DNA of 63,875 bases, counting the filler, from Blastocystis sp. subtype 4 (Eukaryota), in NCBI RefSeq assembly GCF_000743755.1. It is 51 parts of 51 records of this genome, joined end to end, with 100 filler letters (N's around TTAATTAATTAA, not from the genome) between each part and the next. Parts side by side here need not be neighbours in the genome. Positions count along the whole stretch, not along the records: positions 27,294 to 28,375 come from NW_014568581.1; positions 28,476 to 29,578 come from NW_014568580.1; positions 29,679 to 30,756 come from NW_014568579.1; positions 30,857 to 31,930 come from NW_014568578.1; positions 32,031 to 33,103 come from NW_014568577.1; positions 33,204 to 34,274 come from NW_014568576.1; positions 34,375 to 35,495 come from NW_014568575.1; positions 35,596 to 36,650 come from NW_014568573.1; 43 more parts are not named here. The stretch is one strand, 5' to 3'. The translations under genes were made by a program, and so were the position numbers. The notes beneath the pieces are model-generated. The model worked only from the letters and a program-made list of their open reading frames with translations. It did no database searches and was not told where the DNA came from. Below, one piece after another: positions 27,294 to 39,282 of this stretch. The first letter of the stretch is position 1. The number at the start of each line of letters is the position of its first letter.

Positions 27294-28375
27294 GATTCAA
27301 CAGAAGTAGATATCTCCTTCATTTGATCGATTCTTGATATCCAGAATGCTGGTGGATGTAAGGACAATGAGCGTTCAGAAGGAGTAACGTGACTGTTGAA
27401 AATGATGTAGTATTCAAGAGCATCAGCATCTCAATCATTATCAATTTAATATATCATACTTGAACTGTTCAAAACATTCACTTCACTGAATGAGTTTTCA
27501 TTTTTCATTATACCAAAAGAATAAGTATTTCTCAATTGCATTCCTTCTGAAGTGAGTGATGGAATATCTAATTCAAATCCAATCATCAATCATCACTNNN
27601 NNNNATCACTTTCCCTATATAACTGAAGTTGCAACTTCCTTTGAAAAGAGTTAGAGAAGGAAGATCTGATCATCAGTATCATTATTATTCATACTCTTCA
27701 TTATCAATACATTCGATTCAATAGTATTGGTTTCACCTTGAAGAGCTCCCTCACTTAGAGTGATGGATTGAAGTTGATTCAGATCTCATTCATCATTCAT
27801 TCAATCATTCATACTCTCAAATACTATCCTATGACACTTCATGAATGCATGACGATCCAATTGAATAGATATGAGAGAAGGAAGATTCTTCAATTCAAAT
27901 GATTCATACCAATAGAATGAACCACGTCCAATATGGATATCTTTCAATTGATCGTCTTCTCATTGACAATTTTCAACCATNNNNNNNNNNNNNNNNNNNN
28001 NGAAGGAAGATTCTTCAATTCAAATGATTCATACCATCTGAATGACCAATATCCAATATGGATTTGTTTCAATTGATCACAATTCATTATTACACATGAG
28101 CTTCCTCTACTATTCTCATCATCGAGAGTAAAGCTCCCCTCTTCAATGATCAAACTCTCCAATTCATTCAATCCATCAATCACAAATCGATCATCTACTT
28201 CCGTAAAACAACCATCTCCAATCTCAATTCGTTTTAATGATATCAATAAATTGTTCAATATCAATGATGATATATCAGGATTGAAATGATCAGCAATAAT
28301 CAGAGATTCAACACAACTAGTAACAATCAATTCACAATCATCAATCCATTTCATTCTCATATCATCATTAACATC
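27294..28375 (-). CDS. Variable LRR protein family B, partial
   Basis: LISLKRIEIG..CF..IDGLNELESLII..IMNCDQL..ELKNLP repeats; internal N gaps; paralogs at 31083 and 47039. Confidence 0.7.
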
Positions 28376-29260
28376 NNNNNNNNNNNNNNNNNNNNNNNNN
28401 NNNNNNNNNNNNNNNNNNNTTAATTAATTAANNNNNNNNNNNNNNNNNNNNNNNNNNNNNNNNNNNNNNNNNNNNCAGGAAGAACGAAGATAGCTGTCAA
28501 AGATAGTTTCAATGGTCTTCTTCGAAATCATGATTACATTCCTTCAAGGAATAGAACAATGGCTTCTGAAGATGTGATTCGAATTGCTCATTTCAGACGA
28601 TATAAGGTCAATGGACATCCTGTTTACAACAACTATTCATTCATCTTTACAAAACCACTTCAGATGGCAATTCAACTTCTTCATTGATTGGGTTATTTAT
28701 TCTCTTTACATCCAATAGTATTCTGTTTCTTTGTTAGTTTCTTGATACACTCACATTTCACAGTATCTCTTCAAAACAGATTCAGATTGTATCATCAATC
28801 TTCCTCGTCTCAATTCAATTTCATCAATCTTCCTCGTCTCAATTCAATTATTGAAGGATTGAAAGGAGACTATGTTGGAGATTGTTTGAATGGAAGCACT
28901 TACAACTATCGGAATTCAAGTCGAAAGAACTATGTACCCAAATCACTGATAGGAACAATGACAAGAATCGCATACTATTCATAAGACGATAGTGATTATT
29001 CCTGTTGATCACATTATATTCATTTGGAATTGATTCCTATTCAATCCTTCCACTTATGAGAATGAATAATAACAAATGATCTACAATCATCAATAATGAT
29101 CTCTCTTCAGTCATAATCATTAAGTGTGATTGACAAACATATGATATGGAGTATAATCACATAGAATACCATTCAATTCAAAATGATAGTTGAAGTGAGC
29201 GTCTCGAGGTTATCTTAGATGGTGAAGCGCTTCTTTCATATCCTTCACTACAACAGTCGT

Positions 29261-29578
29261 AAGCCCTGAGGCCAAGTGCAGTGGTAGAACAAAAGTGTGA
29301 ACAAGTATAATGCAACGTTTACTGAGTGACAGGTATGGATTATAGTACTGCTAACAAAACAATCTTTCAACCAAAGGCTATACTACCAAACAAGTGATAG
29401 ATACAAGTCAGATATGGTAGCTACCATATAGAGCCAGAATATACACCTTCTCATCAATACTCAATACCAAATACTTGTTGATGTAGATGTCTGAAGCGAT
29501 TGATACTACTTCATCATCACCATCACACACATCAAACTGAACCGAACGCAAATCACTCATACGAACTCCTGGCATGTT
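29261..29578 (-). mobile_element. Variant or deleted copy of the element end seen at 18951-19934
   Basis: About 95 nt match the MPGVRMSDL ORF start; ends in GCACTTGGCCTCAGGGCTT but lacks the long hairpin. Confidence 0.45.
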
Positions 29579-29678
29579 NNNNNNNNNNNNNNNNNNNNNN
29601 NNNNNNNNNNNNNNNNNNNNNNTTAATTAATTAANNNNNNNNNNNNNNNNNNNNNNNNNNNNNNNNNNNNNNNNNNNN

Positions 29679-30756
29679 GATCGGTTTTGTTCCACTACTC
29701 ATTTCCATGATATCCAATTCCATCTCTCCAACATCAACAGTTAGAGTATATCCAGATCCTGCACTCCATCCATCTCCCCATGAATCAGCTCCTTCAAATG
29801 TGTATATTCCATTATCCAAACAGAAATCAACATAGTAATAAGCACTTGCTACAGGAAATGGAGATACTGACTGAAGAACAGTTCCTGAAGTTCCTCTTCC
29901 TTCATACAGTTTCCATGAATTCTCACTCTTATAATAATCAGCATAGAAACGAACAGTCATCAATCCTCGAGTACCAGAACATATAGTCACTTCAAATGAG
30001 ATAGTAACAGTCACATCTCCTCCACTAATCTTAGTAGCAGTGATGGTATAGATTTGAGCACTACTCTCATCAGTGGCAGTACCTGAAATCCAACCAGTAT
30101 AAGGATCCAACACAATACCATCAGGAAGAGAAGGATTAATTCTGAAGTTCATGTAACCATCATTATTCTGAGGAATCACTTCAGCCATTTCAATATACCT
30201 GTACACAGTGACTGAAGAATCATAAGTGAAGTTAGGAATATCAGCCATCACATTATCAGCAAACAGATCCAGAGATTGAACATACCAAGTACAAGAAGAA
30301 GAATCACCAGTACCAAAGTTCTCAAACTTGAATTGATTATAAGGAGTATTGTTAGAGAAGTAGATTCTTCTCTTCTGACCAGAGTGTCCATTCATCTGTT
30401 CCCAAGTTACGACCATACAAATTGAATTGAGCAGCCTTATTATTGCTGTATGTTGTTGTATAGTAGTTCTGAATCTGAACAGAACTGATCCATTCACGAC
30501 GATTGTTTGATAGAGTCAAAGTCAGAGCATTCTCAGTACAGGAATAGTAATAGATATTGGTTCCATAATACATATCAAATGGATAAGTGGCAGTTCCATA
30601 CATACCAGATAATGAAGCAGTGAATTCCCAGATATGAGATTCAGATTGTTCTGATGCCATCAAACGAACAACTGCATCGAAATAGGATGTGGTGTAACTG
30701 TCAGCAATAGCAACAATAGCAATAGCAATCGTGTTACTTCCAGATTGAAGGAATGT
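29679..30756 (-). pseudogene. Variable surface protein second module, frameshifted by a deletion near 30383
   Basis: Homolog of 7404-8514; LPDGIVLDPYTGWISGT Ig motif. Confidence 0.65.
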
Positions 30757-31082
30757 NNNNNNNNNNNNNNNNNNNNNNNNNNNNNNNNNNNNNNNNNNNN
30801 TTAATTAATTAANNNNNNNNNNNNNNNNNNNNNNNNNNNNNNNNNNNNNNNNNNNNCTACTCGAGATGTTGCTAGTAATCTGAAGAATGAAGCGATTGAT
30901 CAAGTGAATGGTACAGGAAGTGTATTTGGAGGTGGATCTGTTGTTTCAAGTGTAGTTTGTCATCCTGTTAACTGCTCATCATTTAGTGTTAGAAAGTATG
31001 TTTTACTTTGTTCAGACCATTTGACTGATTACTTAACCATCCTTGCATCGATTATTAACAAACACTTTAGTATTCCCCTCAT

Positions 31083-31930
31083 TTACAGATAATCACTCTT
31101 CTGTCGAATGAATCGATCAAGTGAATTGGCATCTCAATCAATAGCAATCAATCAATCATACTTGAACTATGCAATTCTTGAACATTATTGAATGGTATGA
31201 TATATTCCTTTCTTAACTGAATTCCTTCTTCAGTGAGTAGCATAATGTCTATGTCAAATGCAACCATCATTCATCACCATTACCTATATACCTGAAATTC
31301 GAACCCTCTCCTTTGAATACAGATAGAGAAGGGAGATCTCATCAATCAATCATCATCATTCATACTCTTCATTTTCAATTCATTCGATTCAGTAGTAGCA
31401 GAATCACAATCAAGAGCCTCTAATCCAAGGGTGATAGATCCAAGTCGAGTCAGATCTCATTCATCATTCATTCAATCATTCATACTCTCAAATACTATCC
31501 TATGACACAACTGGAATACAAAGCCGTCCAATTGAATGAATATGAGAGAAGGAAGATTCTTCAATTCAAGTGATTCATACTCATAGAATGAGCCCATTCC
31601 AGTGTGGATTTCTCTCAGTTTATCACAATTCATTATCAAGCATTTGCTTCCTTCTCGATTATTCTCATCGAAACAGAAGCTATCATGTCTAATGATGATA
31701 GTCTCCAATTCATTTAATCCATCAATCTCAAATCGACTCACTTTCTTGAAACAATCATTTCCAATCTCAATTCGTTTCAATGATATCAATGAATTGTTCA
31801 ATATCAATGATGATATATCAGGATTGAAACCATAACCAATAATCAGAGATTCAACACAACTAGTAACAATCAATTCACAATCATCAATCCATTTCATTCT
31901 CATATCATCATTAACATCAATAATAACATC
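31083..31930 (-). CDS. Variable LRR protein family B, 3' part
   Basis: LRR repeats, phase-1 introns, ends ..LDRFIRQKSDYL*; TGTTTGTT downstream. Confidence 0.75.
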
Positions 31931-32030
31931 NNNNNNNNNNNNNNNNNNNNNNNNNNNNNNNNNNNNNNNNNNNNTTAATTAATTAANNNNNNNNNNNNNN
32001 NNNNNNNNNNNNNNNNNNNNNNNNNNNNNN

Positions 32031-32069
32031 ACCAATCCTTGGAAGAAGCATGGAAACATTCCTCTGTAA
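32031..32069 (+). CDS. PCCB: Propionyl-CoA carboxylase beta chain, extreme C-terminus
   Basis: TNPWKKHGNIPL* is the characteristic PCC-beta C-terminus; TGTTTGTT at 32081; only 12 residues visible. Confidence 0.65.
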   Translation, partial: TNPWKKHGNIPL

Positions 32070-32128
32070 GGACTTTAGTATGTTTGTTTGATCACTTCAC
32101 AAACAAATGGCAATATACAAACAAAGAC

Positions 32129-32827
32129 TCAAGGCTCTTCAGGACCCTCGGCAGCAAAAGAAGTACTGGAAGCAGCAGGGGCAGCAGAAGTATCATTAGA
32201 AGTCTGTTCCATCGAAGCTTTAATGTCCTGACCCAACTTCTTCATATTCTCTTTCGCCTTCTCTAACGCTGGGGCTGACTTCTCCTTCATCTTCTGGGCT
32301 CCTTCCTTCATTGCAGCGCCAGTCTTCTTCGCACCCTCAGCCATCTTCTGGCCAAATTCGGATTCCCTCACCTTCTGAGCTCCCTCCTTCATTGCAGCTC
32401 CTGTTTTCTTCGCACCTTCCTTGATGGCAGCACCAGTTTTTCGGCTTCCCTCAGCCACTTTCTGCGCAAACTCCGTCTGCTTGAACTTGTCGACTTCTGC
32501 AACCGTCTTTTTTCCAAACTACAATGACATACATCCATTCTCCCTTACTTCTGTCTCCTTAAACTTCTCATTAGCCTTAGATGCTCCACTCTTCACAGCA
32601 CCCCAACCTTTTTTGAAGAAACCCCCAACGAGACCTGCACCCTTCTTCAAGGACTTCATCGCCTCACTGTCCTCTTTCTTCTCCTCAACAACGACCTCTT
32701 CAGGCTCCTCAGTAACACTAATAGCATGACCATCAGGAAGAAACACATACACAAAGTCATTTGTCTCCACAATCTCCTGCTTCTCAGATACAGAATCTCC
32801 TAAGTCAATCAAATCGTCGCTTGACAT
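32129..32827 (-). CDS. LEA-like repetitive helical protein
   Basis: 11-residue-type repeats MAEGAKKTGAA/MKEGAQK; ATG at 32827; short introns. Confidence 0.5.
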
Positions 32828-33203
32828 TTCCTGTGCTTTCGTATGAGGAATTAATCTCATGTGGGAGTTTCAACGATAGGCAGTTTCACCAATCACTGGA
32901 AAAGGTCGAATTACACAGTTCCGTGAAGAATAAACCAATCAGGAAAGTAATGTAATTAAAACAAACAAAATGCCATCCGTCAAGGCTCAATCCAGGAGAT
33001 TTTTACTTGAAGGAGTTTCCGCAACGACCACAAGTGTTACGATCATGATGCTTAGCCATGAAGACACCAGCTCCACAGACAGGGCACTCACGTCGCAGAC
33101 GAGNNNNNNNNNNNNNNNNNNNNNNNNNNNNNNNNNNNNNNNNNNNNTTAATTAATTAANNNNNNNNNNNNNNNNNNNNNNNNNNNNNNNNNNNNNNNNN
33201 NNN

Positions 33204-33263
33204 ATGACTTAGCTTCCTAGATCAGACGGGTTAGGGCGCTTTCCACTAGATATGACCGTTCTT
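33204..33263 (-). rRNA. 5S rRNA, 5' half (cut by contig end)
   Basis: Identical to 46660-46719; about 40 nt of upstream flank is also conserved. Confidence 0.8.
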
Positions 33264-33599
33264 GTTTTTATTTCTTTCACTAACCCTTTTCAACAACACA
33301 TTTTTATCCTCACATCATCAATGATAATAGCATTCATAAGAAACAATCATTCTTTTATATGAATGTTATTTCCTGATTTAGTCTCGTTATCAGTCTTCAA
33401 TCCATGGAGTATGAAACATAGTCGATTGCTTCATTCCGAATGTGAAAAAGAGTAGTAATAAGAGAATCCTTCTAGAGACAATCCCCTATATGCTATGGGG
33501 ATGAGGTGATGTGTATCCTTAGGAGTACAATAATGTTGAAAAATAATGAAGATAATTGATTAAAGAGTGGACTTTCATAAAGGATAGAATATTGATTGC

Positions 33600-34274
33600 A
33601 GGCATACATCTCCATGCCTGCAAATATGCCATATGATTGATGTAACAACCAAGTCATCTGAGCCAGACTCAATGCCCTCCCATCGTTATCTGTGAACAGT
33701 CAGAGTCACAGGAACAGGAATTTGCGACTTTGTTAGAGAAATCCAGTCTAATTCACAACACTCAAGATTGTCACTAACTTCTGTTTATCATCAGGATGGG
33801 AAAGAAGAAACAGTAGGATAACCTAGAATGTTGAGTGAGTTCCATTTGCTTCCAACAAGATTCTCAACATTCCATTCGATGAATGATCCAACTCTGTTAG
33901 GCAGCTTACCTGTAGTGTAAGGATCAAGATCCATGATTCCGGCAAGAGTACCTGAAGTGGGATTTGTAGATTCAAGTGAAGAATAGGAATCAACAATAGT
34001 AGAACAGTCTTCAACTCCAAATACTCCAGTAGCATCAAACACAACACCATCAGAAGAAGAACCACTCAAACCACGATGAATCTCAAAACTGAATACATTA
34101 ATGCCTTCTTGAATTCCAGATGTTGACAGAATCACATGGAACTTCGAGAAGGAAGTAGAATCATGATCAGTCATCGATAGACTCAAAGAATCGAAATCAT
34201 CTTCAAGATTGAATCGAGCAACCAGATTTCCATTCAGATAAGCAGCCACTCCTCCAGAATACTTCACTCGAACA
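33600..34274 (-). pseudogene. Variable surface protein third module, degenerate
   Basis: KYSGGVAAYLNG..VFDATGVFGVEDCSTIVDSYSSL homologous to 55542-56558; stops and frameshifts in the 3' part. Confidence 0.6.
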
Positions 34275-34374
34275 NNNNNNNNNNNNNNNNNNNNNNNNNN
34301 NNNNNNNNNNNNNNNNNNTTAATTAATTAANNNNNNNNNNNNNNNNNNNNNNNNNNNNNNNNNNNNNNNNNNNN

Positions 34375-34525
34375 TGATTTCATTATCAAATGATGTGTAT
34401 GTGTATGTGTTGATAATCCCATTACTCTTAACAATAATCTGATCTGCATTCTTGTATACAATTCCTGAAGCAGATGTATCAACTGCTCGTATCTTTCCAT
34501 CCTGATTTAAGTAGAGGATACTCAT
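34375..34525 (-). CDS. Hypothetical intronless protein, N-terminal fragment
   Basis: MSILYLNQDGKIRAVD..; preceded by a TAGAAACAT..GTTT motif also found upstream of the 35316 ORF. Confidence 0.35.
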
Positions 34526-35040
34526 TTTACTTATTCGAAGAATAAGAAAACATGTTTCTACTTAATAAAAAGCCAAATCACTATTTGCTACTTTTACTTT
34601 GTAAAAGGAAACATGTTTCTACTATGTAAAGGCAAAATGGATCGATATGGGGAAATGGAAAATCGACTAAATCAACCCGTCACCTTTCATTTAAAAAGGC
34701 CCATAAATAAGCTTGATCATGGGGTGAAAAAGTGACGGAGTGACGGGTGACGCATGAATTTTATAAAACTCTTTCAAAATGGTAAAATGGAAAGGTATAA
34801 ATGGGTCGATTTTCCATTTTGACATATTTTGTAAAACTTTTCAAAACTACCCGTCACCCGTCACTCCGTCACTCTTCCCTATGATTTGGCTAGATTATCT
34901 AGATGTTTTAGCTATATTATTTAGGAAAGGTGACGGGTGAATTGTTGGTGATTTTCCATTTCCCCATTTTGCAAAATCACCTCCACCCGATTTTCCATTT
35001 TGACCAAAGTGAATAATCAAATGAATAATCAGCCATACAG

Positions 35041-35316
35041 CTATAAACGCTCAATCAAATAGTGTTTTACATATCCATTCACTTCTTGTAGGCTAATGCC
35101 TGATGTATGGATGATATCTGATACAAGATTGCTCTTCTTAAGGAATGTAATTGTGTTCTTGGATAACGAGAACTTCTGTGTTCCTGTCTGATCATTTACT
35201 TTGGTTGTGAAGTACCGGTACACACGGAAATAGCCTTCATGTTGATTGAGGTAATCTATCATGTCAGATTCCAATGTGAATCGCTTCTCAATAGGGATTG
35301 CACCAGTTGAATTCAT
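35041..35316 (-). CDS. Hypothetical small intronless protein between inverted repeats
   Basis: ORF MNSTGAIPIEKRF..; start at 35316 inferred from AAAATG context and the shared upstream motif. Confidence 0.4.
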   Translation of the reverse strand: MNSTGAIPIEKRFTLESDMIDYLNQHEGYFRVYRYFTTKVNDQTGTQKFSLSKNTITFLKKSNLVSDIIHTSGISLQEVNGYVKHYLIERL

Positions 35317-35595
35317 TTTTCTTACTAAGTAAAAAGGAAACATTTATGTTTCTATGGAGAAATAATCAGATGGAGGGTGAAAGGGATGAATGGGTTGATT
35401 TTCCAAATTAGCAACTTGATTTTGCAAAATGGATTGATTTTCCAAAATAGCAAAATGGAAAATCATCAACAATTCACCCGTCACCTTTCCTAAATNNNNN
35501 NNNNNNNNNNNNNNNNNNNNNNNNNNNNNNNNNNNNNNNTTAATTAATTAANNNNNNNNNNNNNNNNNNNNNNNNNNNNNNNNNNNNNNNNNNNN

Positions 35596-36650
35596 TTTCA
35601 TCAAACAGATATGCACAAACATCTTGTTTAATATGCATCAAATAATCAATGAATGGTATCAAATCTCTTTCATCTTCATGTTCAGCATGAAATACCTTAT
35701 ATTCTGTTTTCACATTATCAATCTTTGATACAGTAACACATGATAATAGAATAGGTTTATGTTGTTTGTCCTTATCAATACAACATTCAAAATCTGCATA
35801 TACAACTACAGGAACAGGCATTGTATATCTTTGATTTTGCCATTTCAAATATGTATTACTATCACCCAATATGTATCGTTCTTCTTCAGGTACTTCATCT
35901 CCATGCATTTTGATTTCATGAACAATTGTGTATTTCTTAGCAGCAGAGAAATCACACCAACGACATTTACACAATCTAGCTGTATTACGTTGAACATTAT
36001 CCTTACTACGATACAAATGTTGTTTNAACTTACTCATATCCTTAATCAACACAAAATGTTTCACCTTCAAATGTTCATCATTCAAGATACAAAGATTCAC
36101 TTCTTGTTTAATATCAATTCTTTGATTCTTCTTAACAGGATATACACATTCTACAACCATCTTTTCAAGATTCTTCTCATCCATACTCTTCATATCAAAT
36201 CCATCAAACATTCTCATTTCATAACAGTTGATATAAACATTCAGTAGATTCTCCAATTCCTCGAATTTCTCTACACATTCTATGAATGGTTGATTATCAG
36301 CAATATTCATAGCATTCTCAATTTCAAGTATTGTATGTCCAAATACAGGATTCTTGATTGGTTTGTTCCAATACTTACTATAACCTGATACTCTTGTAGT
36401 ATTACAATTCTTGATAATCGATGAACCATTATAAGCAAGTATCAAACATCGTTGTAAACAACGATTATCATTGATACAAGGATTAACAACACATTCACCA
36501 AGAATAGCAGGAGTTTTAATACCAGCTCCAACATATACCTTTAAAGGCAACAGATTCATTTGTACACCTAGATTTCCAACATATCGCCATCCAGAACCCA
36601 TCATTTCAATTCCTTCAATTGCTTCTTCATAGAACTTAAGGAAACATTTG
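35596..36650 (-). CDS. Protein-primed family B DNA polymerase, N-terminal/exonuclease region (Polinton/Maverick/adintovirus type), partial
   Basis: Ordered motifs GSGW..PL..P....N...DNRC, HFVLIKDMS, CxxC..H Zn finger, PVVVYADFEC (Exo I); open across the contig, intronless, AT-rich. Confidence 0.8.
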
Positions 36651-37894
36651 NNNNNNNNNNNNNNNNNNNNNNNNNNNNNNNNNNNNNNNNNNNNTTAATT
36701 AATTAANNNNNNNNNNNNNNNNNNNNNNNNNNNNNNNNNNNNNNNNNNNNCTCACTCAAAAAGTCGTCAAGAATCAACTGGACATCAGGAAAGGCTTCAG
36801 ATCAATCTGACTTTCATTCCTTACCTTCACTACAATTCTCTGTTCCTGCGATTTTCTACGAATAACCGCCATTCTCAATACTCACTTTAAGACCTGAGAT
36901 TATGGGTTTCCAACTGCCCTTGAGACAGTCACCCTGAATAATCACATCATACAAAGCATCCAGAGCAGTGGCCTGAGACAAGCGGTTAGCAAGGAGACTG
37001 TTTACAACCTTCAACAGGTCAGGCACCACAGAAACAAAGGAGGAGGTCTCAGCAGGATGATCATTGATCTGTTGGAGGACACTGGAAATGAAAAGGAAGA
37101 TGGGTTGAGTGAGTCCAGGTAAGGAGGCATGATGTCTGAGAGCTGATGGGACCTCCGCAAGTAATTGAGTGATTGAAGCGATATGAGATTCGATATCAGC
37201 AACACGAGGAGTAATGATACATAAGAGATGAAGTAAACCAGAAGCAGATTGACAAGGAGATCCTTTCGATTTGAGTGAAATTGAGTTCTCAAGACCATAT
37301 TCCTCACAAATGACTACTCATTATNNNNNNNNNNNNTTTCCATTCTTCAATCAATCGACTTCGACCATTCATAATCTCACTATGAATTCCCCGACGAGCT
37401 GTTTCAATCAAAACTTCAACCACTTCATTCACTAATCATTACTCCTTTCTCTCTTCCTCACATCCTTTCACAGAATATCCTTCACAAATCTTCATCAATG
37501 AAGCAGTCTGTTCATCGATAATCTCATACTCTGCACACACAATAGGAGAAGAAGGAGACATCTATTCATGATTCCTTCTTCTCTCTCTCACATAATGGTT
37601 ATCATTATCTTTACCAGGTATGTATTCTTCAATCACTTCTAGTGTGGCTTCTACTAGTCTCCATACACCTGTCATTCCTTCTCCATTCCCTGCACACACT
37701 ACAGATAGAGACTCAATTGCTGCTAGATTCTTATAACTGAAAACAGTCTCAGCAGAACGTTTCTTGGCTTCCTGTGCAGGAATCTCAGGAAGAGNNNNNN
37801 NNNNNNNNNNNNNNNNNNNNNNNNNNNNNNNNNNNNNNTTAATTAATTAANNNNNNNNNNNNNNNNNNNNNNNNNNNNNNNNNNNNNNNNNNNN

Positions 37895-39182
37895 CATTCC
37901 TTCAATCTGGAAGTAACACGATTGCTATTGCTATTGTTGCTATTGCTGACAGTTACACCACATCCTATTTCGATGCAGTTGTTCGTTTGATGTGATCAGA
38001 ACAATCTGAATCTCATATCTGGGAATACACTTCAAGTATGTCTGGAATCAGTGGTTATTCCATATATCCTTTTGATATGTATTATGATACTCGTGTTTCT
38101 TCATCCAGTTGTGAATCTAAGAATCTTATAGTTACATTTTCTAATGATCGTGGTGAATGGATCAGTTCTGTAGAGATTCAAAGCTCTTATTATTCTGGCA
38201 GCTATCAATATGTGGTTACTGAATTCGTTCTGTATGGTCGTAACTCAGATACAGATGAATGGACACTTCTAACAAATGTAACTGGTCTCACTTATTCAAC
38301 AATGGTTCACAGAAGACGAATCTACTTCCCTAAGAATACTCCTTACAATCAATTCAAGTTTGAGAAGTTCAGTTCAGGGAATCGTTCGTCATGTTCATGG
38401 GTGATTCAATCTGTGGATCTGTTTGCTGATAATGTGTTGGTTGATATTCCTAACTTCACTTATGATTCTTCAATGACTATATTCAAGGATATGAAGATGA
38501 CCGAAGTGGCTCATGGGTGATTTGTTTGCTGATAATGTGTTGGTTGATATCCCTAACTTCACTTATGATTCTTCAATGACTATATTCAAGGATATGAAGA
38601 TGACCGAAGTGGCTCCTCAGAACACAGAGGAGTATCTCGATTTCCGAATCTCTCCTGTACTTCCTTCTGGTATTGTGTTAGATGCTAACACTGGTTGGAT
38701 TTCAGGTACTCCTACAGTTGTGAGTACTACTCAAACCTACACAATCACTGGTACTAAGATGAGTGGAGGAGATGTGAGTGCCACCTTAACACNAATACTC
38801 CTTACAATCAATTGAAGTTTGAGAAGTTCAGTTCAGGGAATCGTTCGTCATGTTCATGGGTGATTCAATCTGTGGATTTGTTTGCTGATAATGTGTTGGT
38901 TGATATTCCTAACTTCACTTATGATTCTTCAATCAGTGTATACAAGGATATGAAGATGACCGAAGTGGCTCCTCAGAACACAGAGGAGTATCTCGATTTC
39001 CGAATCTCTCCTGTACTTCCTGCTGGTATTGTGTTAGATGCTAACACTGGTTGGATTTCAGGTACTCCTACAGTTGTGAGTGGTACTCAAACCTACACAA
39101 TCACTGGTACTAAGATGAGTGGAGGAGATGTGAGTGCCACCTTAACACTTACTGTAGTGACTTGCTCTGGAGATAAAGGAAT
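37895..39182 (+). pseudogene. Variable surface protein second module with a premature stop and internal duplications
   Basis: TGA at 37993 where a paralog has TCA; DLFADNVLVDIPNFTYD occurs three times. Confidence 0.65.
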
Positions 39183-39282
39183 NNNNNNNNNNNNNNNNNN
39201 NNNNNNNNNNNNNNNNNNNNNNNNNNTTAATTAATTAANNNNNNNNNNNNNNNNNNNNNNNNNNNNNNNNNNNNNNNNNNNN

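Larger units (their letters stand above)
34375..35495. mobile_element. Inverted-repeat/iteron-rich segment with two intronless ORFs, probably of viral or mobile origin
   Basis: 22-bp perfect IR (34731-34752/34852-34873), 43-bp IR (34919-34961/35453-35495), multiple CCCGTCAC and GATTTTCCA motifs. Confidence 0.5.

Noticed and set aside
36751..37794. Gene fragments here and at 10695-11596, 52227-53234 and 57890-59700
   Set aside because: Probably coding or decayed coding sequence, but I could not recognise any motif well enough to name a product.
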